Below are positions 49,879 to 61,880 of a DNA stretch of 64,000 nucleotides, one piece after another. Every line of letters starts with the position of its first letter. The stretch's first letter is position 1. Below the pieces are notes generated by a model. It ran no database searches, was not told the origin of the DNA, and saw nothing but the letters and a program-made list of their open reading frames with translations. The DNA comes from Felis catus (taxonomy: Eukaryota): NCBI RefSeq assembly GCF_018350175.1, contig NC_058369.1, positions 10,788,001 through 10,852,000 of the forward strand, written 5' to 3'. The translations under genes were made by a program, and so were the position numbers.

Positions 49879-50344
49879 GCATATTTATTCATTTTAAACA
49901 CAAACTCATTTCTAATCTCTTATTTTATGTTGAAAGGAAACTTGAGGGAAAGTTGCAGAATAAATGTTTGAATTAACATGCATTTAAAAGAATGCGTACA
50001 TGTAGACAAAAAGATATAAAGTAAATGAGAGACACACATTCAAATGATGACTTACTTTTCCTGTTGTAATGTCTCAAAGACATCAAAATCTGAAGTACGT
50101 TTGAATTTATGCATTGAGAAATTCTTTACCAGTTCAAGAGGATTAATAACTCCAAATTGATTCTACATTTCTTCTTTTACTTGAAGATGGGATTACAACA
50201 CAAAATGCCTTTACCCAGGGGAAGTTAAATGGATGAATGAAGAAGCTTAATCTCAGGGTCTTAACAAAACTTAATTGGGAAAATTGTATTAAAGTCCTAA
50301 TGCTAATATAAAATGACTACATTAGTGTTCTAAAACATTTATGC

Positions 50345-50560
50345 TGGATGCATGGATGGTTCAATTAAGCATCTGATTTTGCTCAGCCGTGATCTCAGGG
50401 CTCATGATCTTGAGCCCCATGTCAGGTGAGCCCCACTTCTCTCTCCCACCTCTCTCTCTCTCTCTCTGCCCCTCATGGGATTCTCTCTTTGCCCTTTGCT
50501 CACTTGTGCCTTTTCTCTCTATTTCAAAAATATATTAAATTAAATTAAATTAATATAAAA
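50345..50560 (+). mobile_element. CAN-SINE (diverged)
   Basis: GGTTCAATTAAGCATCTGA...GATCTCAGGG...GAGCCCCATGTCAGG...(CT)n, AT-rich tail. Confidence 0.78.
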
Positions 50561-50719
50561 ATAAACACATTATGTTCTTATAATTCTGTGAATCAGAAGC
50601 TGAAGTAGCTCTCATTGGGCTAATACGAAGATGTTTGCAAGGCTTGGTTCCTTCCAGAGACTACAGGGAAGAATCTGTTTACTTTTCTATTCCAAGCTTT
50701 TCCAAGCAAAAAGTATCTA

Positions 50720-51275
50720 TAAAAATAGATCTACCCTATGACCCAGGAATAACACTGCTAGGAATTTACCCAAGGGATCCGGGAGTGCTGATGCATAGAG
50801 GCACTTGTACCCCAATGTTTATAGCAGCACTCTCAACAATAGCCAAATGTTGGAAAGAACCTAAATGTCCATCAACTGACGAATGGATAAAGAAATTGTG
50901 GTTCATACACACGATGGAATACTACGTGGCAATGAGAAAGAATGAAATCTGGCCTTTTGTAGCAACGTGGATGGAAGTGGAGAGTGTGATGCTAAGTGAA
51001 ACAAGTCATACAGAGAAAGACAGATACCTTATGTTTTCACTCTTATGTGGATCCCGAGAAACTTAACAGAAGACCAGGGGGGAGGAGAAGAAAAAAAAAT
51101 TTAGAGAGGGAGGGAGCCAAATCATAAGAGACTCTAAAAAAACTGAGAACAAACTGAGGGTTGATGGGGGGTGGGAGGGAGGGAGGGTGGGTGATGGGTA
51201 TTGATGAGGGCACCTGTTGGGATGAGCCCTGGGTGTTGTATGGAAACCCATTTGGCAATAAATTTCATATTTAAA
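50720..51275 (+). mobile_element. L1 3' end (L1_Fc-like), 5'-truncated, TSD AAAAAGTATCTA
   Basis: ORF2 C-terminus LPYDP...CTPMFIAALSTIAK.WKEPKCPSTDEWIKK...FVATWME, then 3'UTR and poly(A). TSD at ~50708 and ~51276. Confidence 0.95.
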
Positions 51276-51489
51276 AAAAAGTATCTAAACATATGCCATA
51301 CAACTAACAAAAGCCTCACAAAGAGGGGCTAAAGAGCAGCTCTTAACTTGTGACATAGTATGCAATTCCTAAATGTTTGGCAAATGTGTCATGAAGCTGA
51401 GGTATGTAGTGCTTGGGGTTTATATCAAGGAACTTAGTTGCCCTCCTTGTTTAAAAGGAAAACAGGAATGTTCTATAGATGGCAGGGCT

Positions 51490-52085
51490 GTGTCTCCACC
51501 ACAAGAGGTACATGGTCTAATATATATTCCAAGGTGACTTTTGTAACACAGAGGTCACAACTCAATCAGCACGTGGTATTTTGGAGGTCCAAGGAGTGTA
51601 ATCCAGACAGATTGCTGGTCCTAGACTTTGGGGAATGCTGAAACCAGGCTTGGGGTAAGGTGCTGGGAGGTCTGTACTCTGGGAGCAGCGGTGTGCACAA
51701 GGAAGGATTAATCAACCCTGGATATGCGTGGTTATAACCTGGTCTATTGGGAACACAATCTCCAGGAAAACTCTCCCTTGTGTGCACACCAGTGTCCCCC
51801 AGGAAATCATGTGCTGTAGGTCAGAGGAGTGGGAGGGAAACGTGCCCTCTCAACAGAAGAGGAAACTGTAAGTATCTCCTGTGTGAAGTCCCTCTGCTTG
51901 TACCACCTGATGGGACCTGGTTGCTGCTTCTGGAGTCTGAAGCTTGGCTGGGAGACTCACGCTAGCCTCCTTCCTGCTGTCTTGGGTGGGGACAGAGTTT
52001 AGCCGCCACCAATAACCAACCATCCAGGGGAAACTCAGACTGCCGCATGGGCACCTCTCCCTCAGAGCTCCCATCCAGGTGAGAC
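51490..52085 (+). promoter_or_regulatory. Candidate promoter / non-coding exon 1 module X for OR-6
   Basis: Paralog of 31540-32080. CAG|GTGAGA donor at 52078/52079. Confidence 0.5.
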
Positions 52086-52263
52086 TGGTGATTGTATTTA
52101 TTCTTGGGAAGCTTATTCATTGAAATTCAGGTACCATTTTAGATTGTTTAGGGGAATGATAATGGATCTGGGTATCTTGAGTTAGAGCCACTCCGAGCTT
52201 AATTGTTGGGGTGAGGGTTGAGAACTCATGGAAAGAACACAGCCCAGAGAGCAATGATTTGGG

Positions 52264-52286
52264 GTGTGTGTGTGTGTGTGTGTGTG
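52264..52286. repeat. (TG)n microsatellite
   Basis: Direct reading. Confidence 0.92.
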
Positions 52287-52413
52287 CACCTTGTGGAATG
52301 GGATACGTACACAGAGCAGAGGTATATGGTCTAATATATTCCAAGATGACTCTTGTAAGACAGAGGCCAGAAATCAACACATGGTGTTCAGTAGGGGCTC
52401 TATGTCAATTTAA

Positions 52414-52616
52414 CGTTTATTTATTTTTGAGACAGAGAGAGACAGAGCATGAATGGAGGAGGGGCAGAGACACAGGGAGACACAGAATCGGAAACAGGCT
52501 CCAGGCTCTGAGCCATCAGCCTAGAGCCTGACGCGGGGCTCAAACTCACGGACCGCGAGATCGTGACCTGAGCTGAAGTCGGACGCTTAACCGACCTGCG
52601 CCACCCAGGCACCCTG
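52414..52616 (-). mobile_element. Felid SINE (SINEC_Fc-like) with TSD TCTATGTCAATTTAA
   Basis: TSD at 52399-52413 and 52617-52631. Absent in the OR-2, OR-4 and OR-5 paralogs. Confidence 0.95.
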
Positions 52617-53386
52617 TCTATGTCAATTTAAAGGATGCCTTTGCAAGTAGATTCTAAAATACAAGAAATATATAGCGTGGGTGAGGGACTCCTTTCTCTT
52701 GAAGGGGAACCAGCAACGAGGCCACCTATTTCTTTGAAATTGCCTGACACCAACTCTGATATCTCTCCTGGTAATTCTCCATTCCCAAACATGCTTCCTG
52801 TTTTGGACCCAAATAGCTCGAAGTAGGATCATCCTCGGGGCCTTAGCAGAGGCCATTCCCTCGGCCAGCATACACTTCCCCAGACAGGCTCTGGGCTCCT
52901 GCCTTCCTTTCCTTGAGGTCTCTGTTCTAAGGTCACCTGTTCACCACACTCTGCTTTACACTGACCCTGGTTTCCTCAAAGTTCTTAACACCCTCTGATG
53001 TCTTATGATTATTTTTATTTGTGTCTAATCACTCTCCATCATTAGATTATAGTGGCTTTTGGTTTTCAGTATCCCGTACTCATGGCCTAGACAATGCCTG
53101 GAACATATCTGACACTCAGTACATACTCCTCCAATGCAGGAAAGATATTCTTAGTAAAAGAGTAAAATGCACGACCTCTGTTGGGGAATGCGGAGAATGA
53201 GACCAAAATGCCTAATCAGAGATGTAATGAGAGGGAATCCTTTCAAGGGGACAATCCATACACAAGACAATGAAATTAACTTCTTGACTGCACAATATAA
53301 ATTGGACCCTTTCAACTATGTGAGTCATGCCTTCAGGTGAAAATTGATGATATCTCTTTCCTCTTTCCGGGGGCCAGTTCAACCTC

Positions 53387-54355
53387 ATGGAACCAGGAAA
53401 TGATACACGACTATTAGAATTTCTGCTTCTGGGATTTTCAGAGGGACCAGAACTTCAGCCCCTCATATTTGGGCTTTTCCTCTCCATGTACCTGATCACT
53501 GTGTTTGGGAACCTGCTCATCCTCCTGGCCGTCAGCTCTGACTCCCACCTCCACACCCCCATGTACTTCTTCCTGGCCAACCTGTCCTTTGTAGACATCT
53601 GCATCACCTCCACAATCATCCCGAAGATGCTGGTGAACATCCAGACTCAGAGTAAAGTTATAACCTATGACGACTGCATCACACAGATGGACTTTTTCTT
53701 AATCTTTTCAGTGTTGGACATGTATCTCCTGACCATGATGGCCTATGACAGGTTTGTGGCCATCTGTCACCCCCTGCACTACACAGTCATCATGAGCCCT
53801 CGGCTCTGTGCACTGCTGGTCCTGGTGTCCTGGATCATGAGTGTCCTGCATTCCTTGTTACAAACCTTAATGGTGTTGCAGCTGTCCTTCTGTACAGAGG
53901 TAGAAATCCCCCACTTTTTTTGTGAACTCAATCAGATGACCCAACTGGCTTGTTCTGACACCTTTTTTAATAACTTGGTGATGTATCTTGCAGCTATGCT
54001 GCTAGGTGGTGGTCCCTTCATTGGGATCCTTTACTCTTACTCCAAGATAGCTTTCTGCATACAGAGAATCTCATCAGCTCAGGGGAAGTATAAAGCATTT
54101 TCCACCTGTGCAACTCACCTCTCCGTTGTCTCTCTATTTTATTGTACTGGCCTGGGAGTGTACCTCAGCTCTGCTGCTACCCAGGGCTCCCACTCGAGTG
54201 CCACAGCCTCGGTGATGTACACGGTGGTCACGCCCATGCTGAACCCCTTCATCTACAGCCTGAGGAACAGAGACATAAAGGAGGCTCTGAGGAGATTCTC
54301 TGGGATGGTAGCTATAAAAGTTCCAATTGTCCTGGGGTTGAAGAATTTCCCATGA
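53387..54355 (+). CDS. Olfactory receptor, family 7 (OR7A-like), intact, 322 aa (OR-6)
   Basis: All OR motifs. Shares [28 protein letters not shown] and the LKNFP tail with OR-2. Confidence 0.95.
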   Translation: MEPGNDTRLLEFLLLGFSEGPELQPLIFGLFLSMYLITVFGNLLILLAVSSDSHLHTPMYFFLANLSFVDICITSTIIPKMLVNIQTQSKVITYDDCITQMDFFLIFSVLDMYLLTMMAYDRFVAICHPLHYTVIMSPRLCALLVLVSWIMSVLHSLLQTLMVLQLSFCTEVEIPHFFCELNQMTQLACSDTFFNNLVMYLAAMLLGGGPFIGILYSYSKIAFCIQRISSAQGKYKAFSTCATHLSVVSLFYCTGLGVYLSSAATQGSHSSATASVMYTVVTPMLNPFIYSLRNRDIKEALRRFSGMVAIKVPIVLGLKNFP

Positions 54356-54387
54356 TTGCAGGCCTCATGGTCTTAAATGAATAAGTT

Positions 54388-54413
54388 GTGTGTGTGTGTG
54401 TGTGTGTGTGTGT
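54388..54413. repeat. (TG)n microsatellite just 3' of the OR-6 stop
   Basis: Direct reading. Confidence 0.92.
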
Positions 54414-54569
54414 TTAAAGCAAATTGTGGTTATAGAGAGTGCTTCTTTCATTTATTTCCTGGAATTTTTATTTTTTCAACCACTCAGTACAATTTACTTA
54501 CTTATTTAAAAAACTTTTTTTTTTTACCTTTCTCTGATATGCAATCATTATTCCTTCATTTTCTTCCTT

Positions 54570-54675
54570 TATTTCTACCAATCACTGAGCATGGAATGTT
54601 TTTCCATTTCTTTTTGTCTTCTTCAATTTCCTTCGTAAACCTTCTATTCAGTGTACAGATCTTTTACCTTTATTT
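54570..54675 (-). mobile_element. Short L1 ORF2 fragment
   Basis: GAGCATGGAATGTTTTTCCATTTC...TCTTCAATTTCCTTC...TACAGATCTTTTACC. Confidence 0.75.
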
Positions 54676-56659
54676 GTAAATTGATTCCCAACCTGTGATA
54701 TGGAAAACTTAGGAATTTTCATTTATCTAATGGAACTGCTTGGATTTCTTAAGAATAATTTATTCCCAAATGACAAAAATTACCCCATTTAATATGTCCT
54801 TAGTTTTCCTAAAAGAATATTCATTTGTTACCACTCTGATGGAAAAAATTCAGTTTGATCAGTAGTTCATTTCTATTCTGTTTTATTCTATTCTATTCTA
54901 TTCTAAATCTGATACCACAGTTTTTCACTTTGTGTCTGTCATTCTTTTGTATATCACTACAATAACTGCTCTTCCTGATGAACAGATAAGTGTGTTTTAT
55001 GAGACCATCAGCTTTTTTCTCCGAATTAGGATCCCATCTTCTTCTCAGGCTCTATGTCCCCAGTGCTTACATTAGTCACTGCCAAAACTGATTATCAAAA
55101 ACTTGTCTACCAGTGGAGTCTACACGGAAACAGAAATTCAAATAAGTAGAATGACTTAATACGGCTTTGGAGTCAAAGATGACCTTGACTATGATAAAGC
55201 AAATTTTAAACTCTCCTTTGTATTACTATGCTCTACATTTTTTCTCAAGCTGTACATCTCTCAATCAAGTATGGAATAGCAGTGGCTGTGTTTAAGGGGA
55301 TTTATTCGCTGGGGTGAATGACTGGTTACTTATTGCCGTCAAAAGACTTATAAATAAAAACAATCAAATGGTCCTGAAAGAAATTAAAGAATACATAAAT
55401 AAATGGGATGACCTCCTGTGCTCATGCTTGGAAGATTTTTTATTTAATTTTAGGATGGTTTTAAAAATGTTTTCCAAGGATACCCCATTTTTGTTATTAT
55501 CAAATTATCATTGAATCTGTAGATCTTTGGGTAGTATTGCCATCTTAACAACTTTAATTCTAATTTAAATTTCTCCTAACGAAGGACCACAGCTTTGCTC
55601 TCAGTCTGGACTCCACATCCAGGACCCGGAGCATCAAACCCACCAGGGAGCTTGTTAGAGAAGCAGGGTCCTCGGGGTCCCTGGAGACCTGAGGAATCAG
55701 AATTTGCATTTCAACTACAGTCCCTGGTGAATTGTGTGCACAGTGGAGAAACCTTAGTGTGGAACAGGTTTCCTCACCTTCTCGCCATTGACCCTTGGAG
55801 CTGGGTAACTATTTTTGTCGAGTGGTGTCCTGCGGCTGATGATATTCAGAAGCACCTCTTCAGACATGGACAAAAATCCCAAGAGCCACTCTGGTAGGAA
55901 CCACTTCCCAGAGTTTCAGAACCGGAAACATCCTGACATCATTCCAATTAAGACTACATGCTGATTGGTTTGTGCCTTTGAGCAGTACATTGAATTCCTC
56001 TGAGCCCATTTCTACAATAGTAAATACATCTCATGAAAGTACTACATCAAAGATTGTACTTTTGTCAAAATTAAACCATAGAACCCCTTTAGTGTGCTAA
56101 GCTAGTCTATGCTGCAGAAAATCGAAATGTATCTCTTATTAATAAACACTTCATTATGAGGGAAAAATGACAGTTTGTAACTCGTGATCTAATAATGAAA
56201 TTCCTACTTGTTTCTGCTAAACTATTACACAACCAAAGAGGTTAGTACCCCAACTTTTTAAAATTCATTTATTAAAATTCAAGGATCCAAGAAGCTCAGA
56301 GGGTCCCCGAGGGACTGTGACGAACAGTAACCTCCTCGCTTCTGACAGCTTTGCACCCGACCACCTCCCCTGAGGCCCAGCAAAAACCATGTGAGAACAC
56401 ATTTGCCTCCCCCAAAGACGAAAGTGCTGATATCTTCCTAATGTCAAACACCTTACATATGGCAGGCCCAAGGGAAAAAATGAGCAAGGGGATAAGCCAA
56501 CACTTCACAAAAGGAAGCGCATGTGATTGGCTACAAGGTGCACAGTTACAAGGTCAACCATGGAAGACTTCGCTTTCATGTGCCTCTGGCATCATTACTT
56601 GGGCAATTCGTCTTCATGGGGGCTGACAGCAGGTGAGGGCAGCCCTGTTATCCCTTTCT

Positions 56660-56880
56660 CTTTTTAATGTTTATTTCTTTGAGAGAGAGAGAGCACAAGC
56701 AGGGGAGGGAGGGTGAGAGAGAGAGAGAGCACAAAGCAGGGGAGGGACAGAGAGAGTCCCAAGCAGGCTCCATGCTGTCAGCACAGAGCCCAACAAGGGT
56801 CTGGATCTCACGAACGGTGAGATCTGAGCTGAGCCGAAAGCAAGAAGAGGTCTCTTAACCCACTGAGCCACCGAGGCACT
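56660..56880 (-). mobile_element. CAN-SINE (copy of 8298-8518)
   Basis: Reverse complement of the left-arm SINE. Confidence 0.92.
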
Positions 56881-58204
56881 CGTCTCCCATCCCTATGTGA
56901 TGTCCTCTCATCGATACTCTTGGACTCTGCGTATTGGTCTCTTTTTCACAAACCCAAGGGGCACCTCGAATCCTCATTCTGTATGTCAGCCAGTGGACAG
57001 AGGCTTCCCCAGACCATGCTCTGTAAATGCTCCCAACATCACGACAGTCCAGTTGTGTACCAAAAAACTTGTTTCATATGATTATGCTTGACTGCATGAT
57101 GCCATCCGTATATTTATATTATTGTTCTCTGTCCTTGGTGCTACACAGAAACATATGTTAGTGAAGGGATTTCACCTTCTTTGTTCACTTTTGTTTTTGT
57201 CACAAATGTATGTGAATATATGGTTAGTATGAAAAAACCAAGGATATGAAAAATTATAGAATTTAAAAAATAAGGGATAATGAAACCAGGTGAAAATGAC
57301 TAGTTTCTAAACAGCTGTCCACAGCAAAATTATGTGAAAACTAAAAACTAACTGAAATTGGCTATAAAAAAGAAATTGTTAATGATATCAACATGGATTC
57401 ATAACTAAATTGTCAATGGCCTACACGCGAAAAAATGTAATGTATAATGTTCCTACAATGCTCAGTTTGTATTTGTGGGATGACTCAGAAATTAGGTCTC
57501 AAAGTATAAGGACATTGACCATATGGCAAGGTTGTATTTTATTTCATTGGAAAAGGTTGAATTGCTAAATAACATCTAGAATGAAGAGATAGCTAAACTA
57601 ATACTGGCATCAATGGATATCTATCTGGAAGAATATGCAATTGGTCCCCTCCTCAGACACTTCACAAAAATTCAGAGGGATTATGACCCCAGTGGAAGCG
57701 TAACCATACAATATAGCAGAACATCAAGGAAACTACATATAACACTCACAGGTGAGCAAACCCACTAAATAAAGCCATAATCTCAGAAGTAAGAAGATAG
57801 ATTTATTTAAATAAAATTTAAAATTTTTATGATCAAAATATGTTGCAAAAATCAATTGAGAAACAATGATCTCAGGAAATCATTTGAAATGTTGGTAATG
57901 TTTTAAAAATAAAAGAGAGAGAGAGAGAGAATAACCTATGGGCATATAATAATAATAAAACCAATCAGGATGGTCATCAAACATATGACCTTGGCTGAAA
58001 CTGAGGGATGGTTTAGGAAAATAACAAGAACTGCCTCTTTCACCCAGCAGCCTGGAAAAAAACTTACAGGACTGTTACATTGTTTGTGGTTGAAACTTTC
58101 AAATAGGAGCCAAGGGTCATTCTGAATTTGTTGGCATAAGAGTAAGTGTAACAAGGTTGAAGGCAGAAGCTGAAAGCAGCTGTATTACAGATACTGACAT
58201 TCTG

Positions 58205-58380
58205 TCACCAGGAGTTTCCCAGTCTCTGCACCCATCCTGCCCAGAGCCTGCCCTGTGGTGGGGAGTGTCCTGTGCCTTGTAAAATGTTCAGAGCATCCCT
58301 GACCTCTGTGCACCCCTCTCCAGCGTGACAGACAAAGTGTCTCCAGACATTGATCAATGTCCCCTGGGGACAAAATTATA
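58205..58380 (-). mobile_element. MER20-like fossil (copy of 6800-6975)
   Basis: Reverse complement of the left-arm copy. Confidence 0.75.
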
Positions 58381-58469
58381 CTCGATTAGAAACACACAGT
58401 GAATTTAACAATCTCAACATATTTTTTCTAGCACGGCCATAATAGCAATTGAATGATACAGAATAAGAA

Positions 58470-59135
58470 AGATCTTCAAAAGTGTGAACGGCAGTCATTC
58501 GGTGAAACTGACATTAGCACTGAATAAATACATTATAACTTAATTAAACGAGCAAACACACAGACACAGTGATATGCTCTGGGCTAAATTGGATTGGCCC
58601 TCAGGAGATGACTGATTAATGTTCTCGACTTCCACTCTCTCTGACCCTCTCATCCATGGACCAGGCTGAGTTGTCTGACAGGAAGGTCTCCTTGTGGAAG
58701 TCTGAATCCCTCCCTGGATGCTGAATTCCTCCCTGGATGCCAGATTATAGATCATTTTCTCCTCAATGGAGAAAGCAGGAAGGTCAGAGAAGCATCAGCC
58801 CCCAGCCAATATGAGTACTCAGAACACCAGATGAAAACCACACCCCTTCCTGTCTAAGGTTGCACACACTGACAGACAGGAGACTAGGAGGTATTTTCGG
58901 CACCCTGTATCTGCTCGTTAGGTACATGTCTCTCTTCTTACTCCAGCATGGCTCCCAAGTGGACAACCCTTTGGCACACAAAGGACATTTCTCTAATGAA
59001 TCTCTGATCCCAAGAGACCAGTTTGGAAGCAGTAACTCCAGTTAGGTTTTTTGTTCTTCCTTTTCCATGAATGTGACCCCTTCCTGATGAGTAAGCTCAC
59101 AGCACCACTGTGAGTTACAGTTTCCTCCAGGTCTA
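58470..59135 (-). promoter_or_regulatory. Relic module Y, inverted copy of 6045-6720
   Basis: Lies inside the near-identical inverted core. Confidence 0.35.
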
Positions 59136-59800
59136 TGTATATGGGATCAATTCCTTGATTTCTCTTTCTGTTGCTTCATTATTGCTGTATAGAAATGCAA
59201 CCGATTTCTGTACATTAACTTTATATCCTGCAAAAATTCTTAACAAGATACTAGCAAATTGAATTCAACAGTGTATCCAAAGAATTATTCACCATGATCA
59301 CATGGGATTCATTCCTGAGCTGCAAGTCTGGTTCAATGTTTGCAAATCAATGTGATACATCACATTAATAGAAGAAAGGACAAGAACCATATGATCCTGT
59401 CAGTGGATGCAGAAAAAGCATTCAACAGAACACAGAATCTTTCTTGATAAAAATGCTTGAGAAAGTCGGGATAGAAGGAACATACCTTAACACCATAAAA
59501 GCCGTACAAAAAAAGGCCCACAGCTACTATCACCCTCCGTGGGAAAAGATTGAGAGATTTCCCCCAAAGATCAGGAGCATGACAGGGAGGTCCACTCTCA
59601 CCGCTGTTGTTTAACATAGTGTTGGGAGTCCTAGCCTCAGCAACCAGACAACAAAATGAAATAAAAAGCATCCAAATTGGCAAACAAGTCAAACTTTCAC
59701 TTTTTGCAGATGACATGACACTCTACACGGAAAACTCGAAAGACTCCACCAAAAACCTGCTAGAGCTGACACATGAACTCAGCAAAGTCTCAGGATGCTT
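59135..59800. mobile_element. L1 ORF2 fragment with 5' inversion (copy of 5385-6045)
   Basis: Translation FNIVLGVLA...[12 protein letters not shown] is L1 reverse transcriptase. Confidence 0.9.
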
Positions 59801-59824
59801 GAGTGTTTAGAAGTTACCTAACAT

Positions 59825-59945
59825 CACGGCACTGAGCCCTGCATCAGGGCTGACACTGTGGAGCCTGCTTGGGATTCTCCCTATCTCTGCCCCTCACCCA
59901 TCTCTCTCTCTCTCTCCTCTCTCTCTCAAAATAAATAAATGAACT
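59825..59945 (+). mobile_element. CAN-SINE, 5'-truncated (copy of 5240-5357)
   Basis: GGAGCCTGCTTGGGATTCTC...(CT)n AAATAAATAAA. Confidence 0.85.
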
Positions 59946-61619
59946 TAGAAAAGAAACTCTCCAACAAAGCAGTTAAAGCTTATGTGACAGTATTAAAATA
60001 TACAGAAATAGAAACTCGAAATATCTACTGTTCATTTGCGTGTGGCTCCTTTAATTCACCAAAGCGCACACTTTACATATGCAGGTTATAGTGTGTAATT
60101 ACACTCCGATGATTTAATTCAGTGGAAAAAATCGAATGGGTCATGGCTAAGGTTAGGATCTAGAGAACGGGTAGCTGATTCTCACTTAAGAGGGCTGGGA
60201 GATAGCACTTCTAATGGGGAAGGAAGCCAAATGTTAATATGGATGTATGAACGATGGAATTACATTTAAGTAATTCACATGATAAAGCAGTTTGTTTCCA
60301 TAAAGAAAAGATTAACCTCCATACGGGAACCGTATCTGACCATAAATTGGTTGAAGACAGAAGAGCACTACAGCCAAGCCCAACACCACGCATGAGCCTG
60401 AGAAACACAATGTAGAGACTCACACCTGACCCCAGACCCACGAGGAGCCCAGCAGAGATCAGAAACATTCCCCCGCACATGATTCCATTTGATTGTAAAA
60501 GTATTATGATATGTTATTTGACAAGGACCGCCTGTTATACAGCAGTAGCTGACTGACACAATAACCCAAGCGAACGGACCTTAGACAATTAGAAGATGTG
60601 CTGATTTTTATTTGTGGCAAATGATCTGACGTTGAGGAGAGCACTCATGATCGTTCTGTGATTCAAGTTTATTTCCCACGACGTTACGAACAAGTGGGCT
60701 CCCTTCTGGGTAACTGGGAGAGTTTGAAGGACATCCATGTTTGTGCAGAACAACTGGGGACCCTGAGCCACATGCCAGCAGGACATCCAGCTCTCGTGTG
60801 AAGCATCCTCTGGTCGTGCAGGTGGGAGCGATTTCAGAGGGGGACGGAGGCACGAAATGGATGGGGCTGATACTGTTCATTTGCCATCATTTGTGACAAA
60901 TACTGGGAAAAGGAACCTATTTCATGTGACGGTAGGAAGACTCATGATAGTAGGTAGCGTTGCAAAGCTTTCAGAAGAAACGGGAAGCGAATTTGGAGAT
61001 AAAACAGAAGACACTAAGCAACCCCTTACCTCAGTGAACAAACCACCTCAGCTGCGGACAAAAGCCTCCATGCTTCAATAAATAGAGGCAGCGCATGAAA
61101 AGGAAATATTTTGCATGGGAACACAATGGGTGTTTTGCTTCCTCGGGTTTATGGTCTCCTCTGACACCAAGAACATATTAGATCAATCTGTTTATTCCAA
61201 TTTGTCTTTCCATGTTGACCCCAGGGGCGGTACACATTTCATTTGCTCATCAGTTTTTGCCAGTGGCTATGATAGGCCCCTGGACGCCGGGCTGAATAAC
61301 AGAAAACAACAACAACAACGAGTCCAGTTATGAGACACAGAAGCGTGTTTGTACAATAATTGCCTGACATTAGGCTTTTCACTTCTGAGGCACCCATTTC
61401 AAAGATCACCATTCATATTAACACATTGCCAGGCATATGATTCAGTTACTATACAAACATGCAGACCCCCCCCTCCCACAAATCCCCCCATTAGAAAGCC
61501 CTGGTAATCTAGGTAACAACTGTGAGTGACCCCACTCTTCCCGTTCGGTGCCCACATTCCGTTACTGGGCTTTTTGTCTGGTTTTTGCTGTTGTTATTTT
61601 TGAGTACTGGGGGATAATA

Positions 61620-61880
61620 TTTTATTATTCTTTTTCTTTAACTGTTTACATGAGCGTAGTTGACACACGATGTTACCTTAGTTTCAGGTTTGCAATACAG
61701 TGATTCAACTTCTCTGTACTTTATGCGGGGCTCACACAGGTGTACTGACACCTGTCCCATTACTGCTAGTACATCATCGATGACTATATTCCACACACTG
61801 TGTCTTCCATTCTCATTATTGATCTTTCCATCACTCCATTCCCCCTCTCCTTGGCCCATTTGGCCAATCCTCTAACTCCA
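61620..61880 (-). mobile_element. Old L1 3' end (copy of 3300-3560)
   Basis: Reverse complement of the left-arm copy. Confidence 0.7.

Noticed and set aside
50635-51066. 143 aa ORF as a gene or active L1
   Set aside because: Only the ORF2 C-terminus of a 5'-truncated L1 insertion with TSD.
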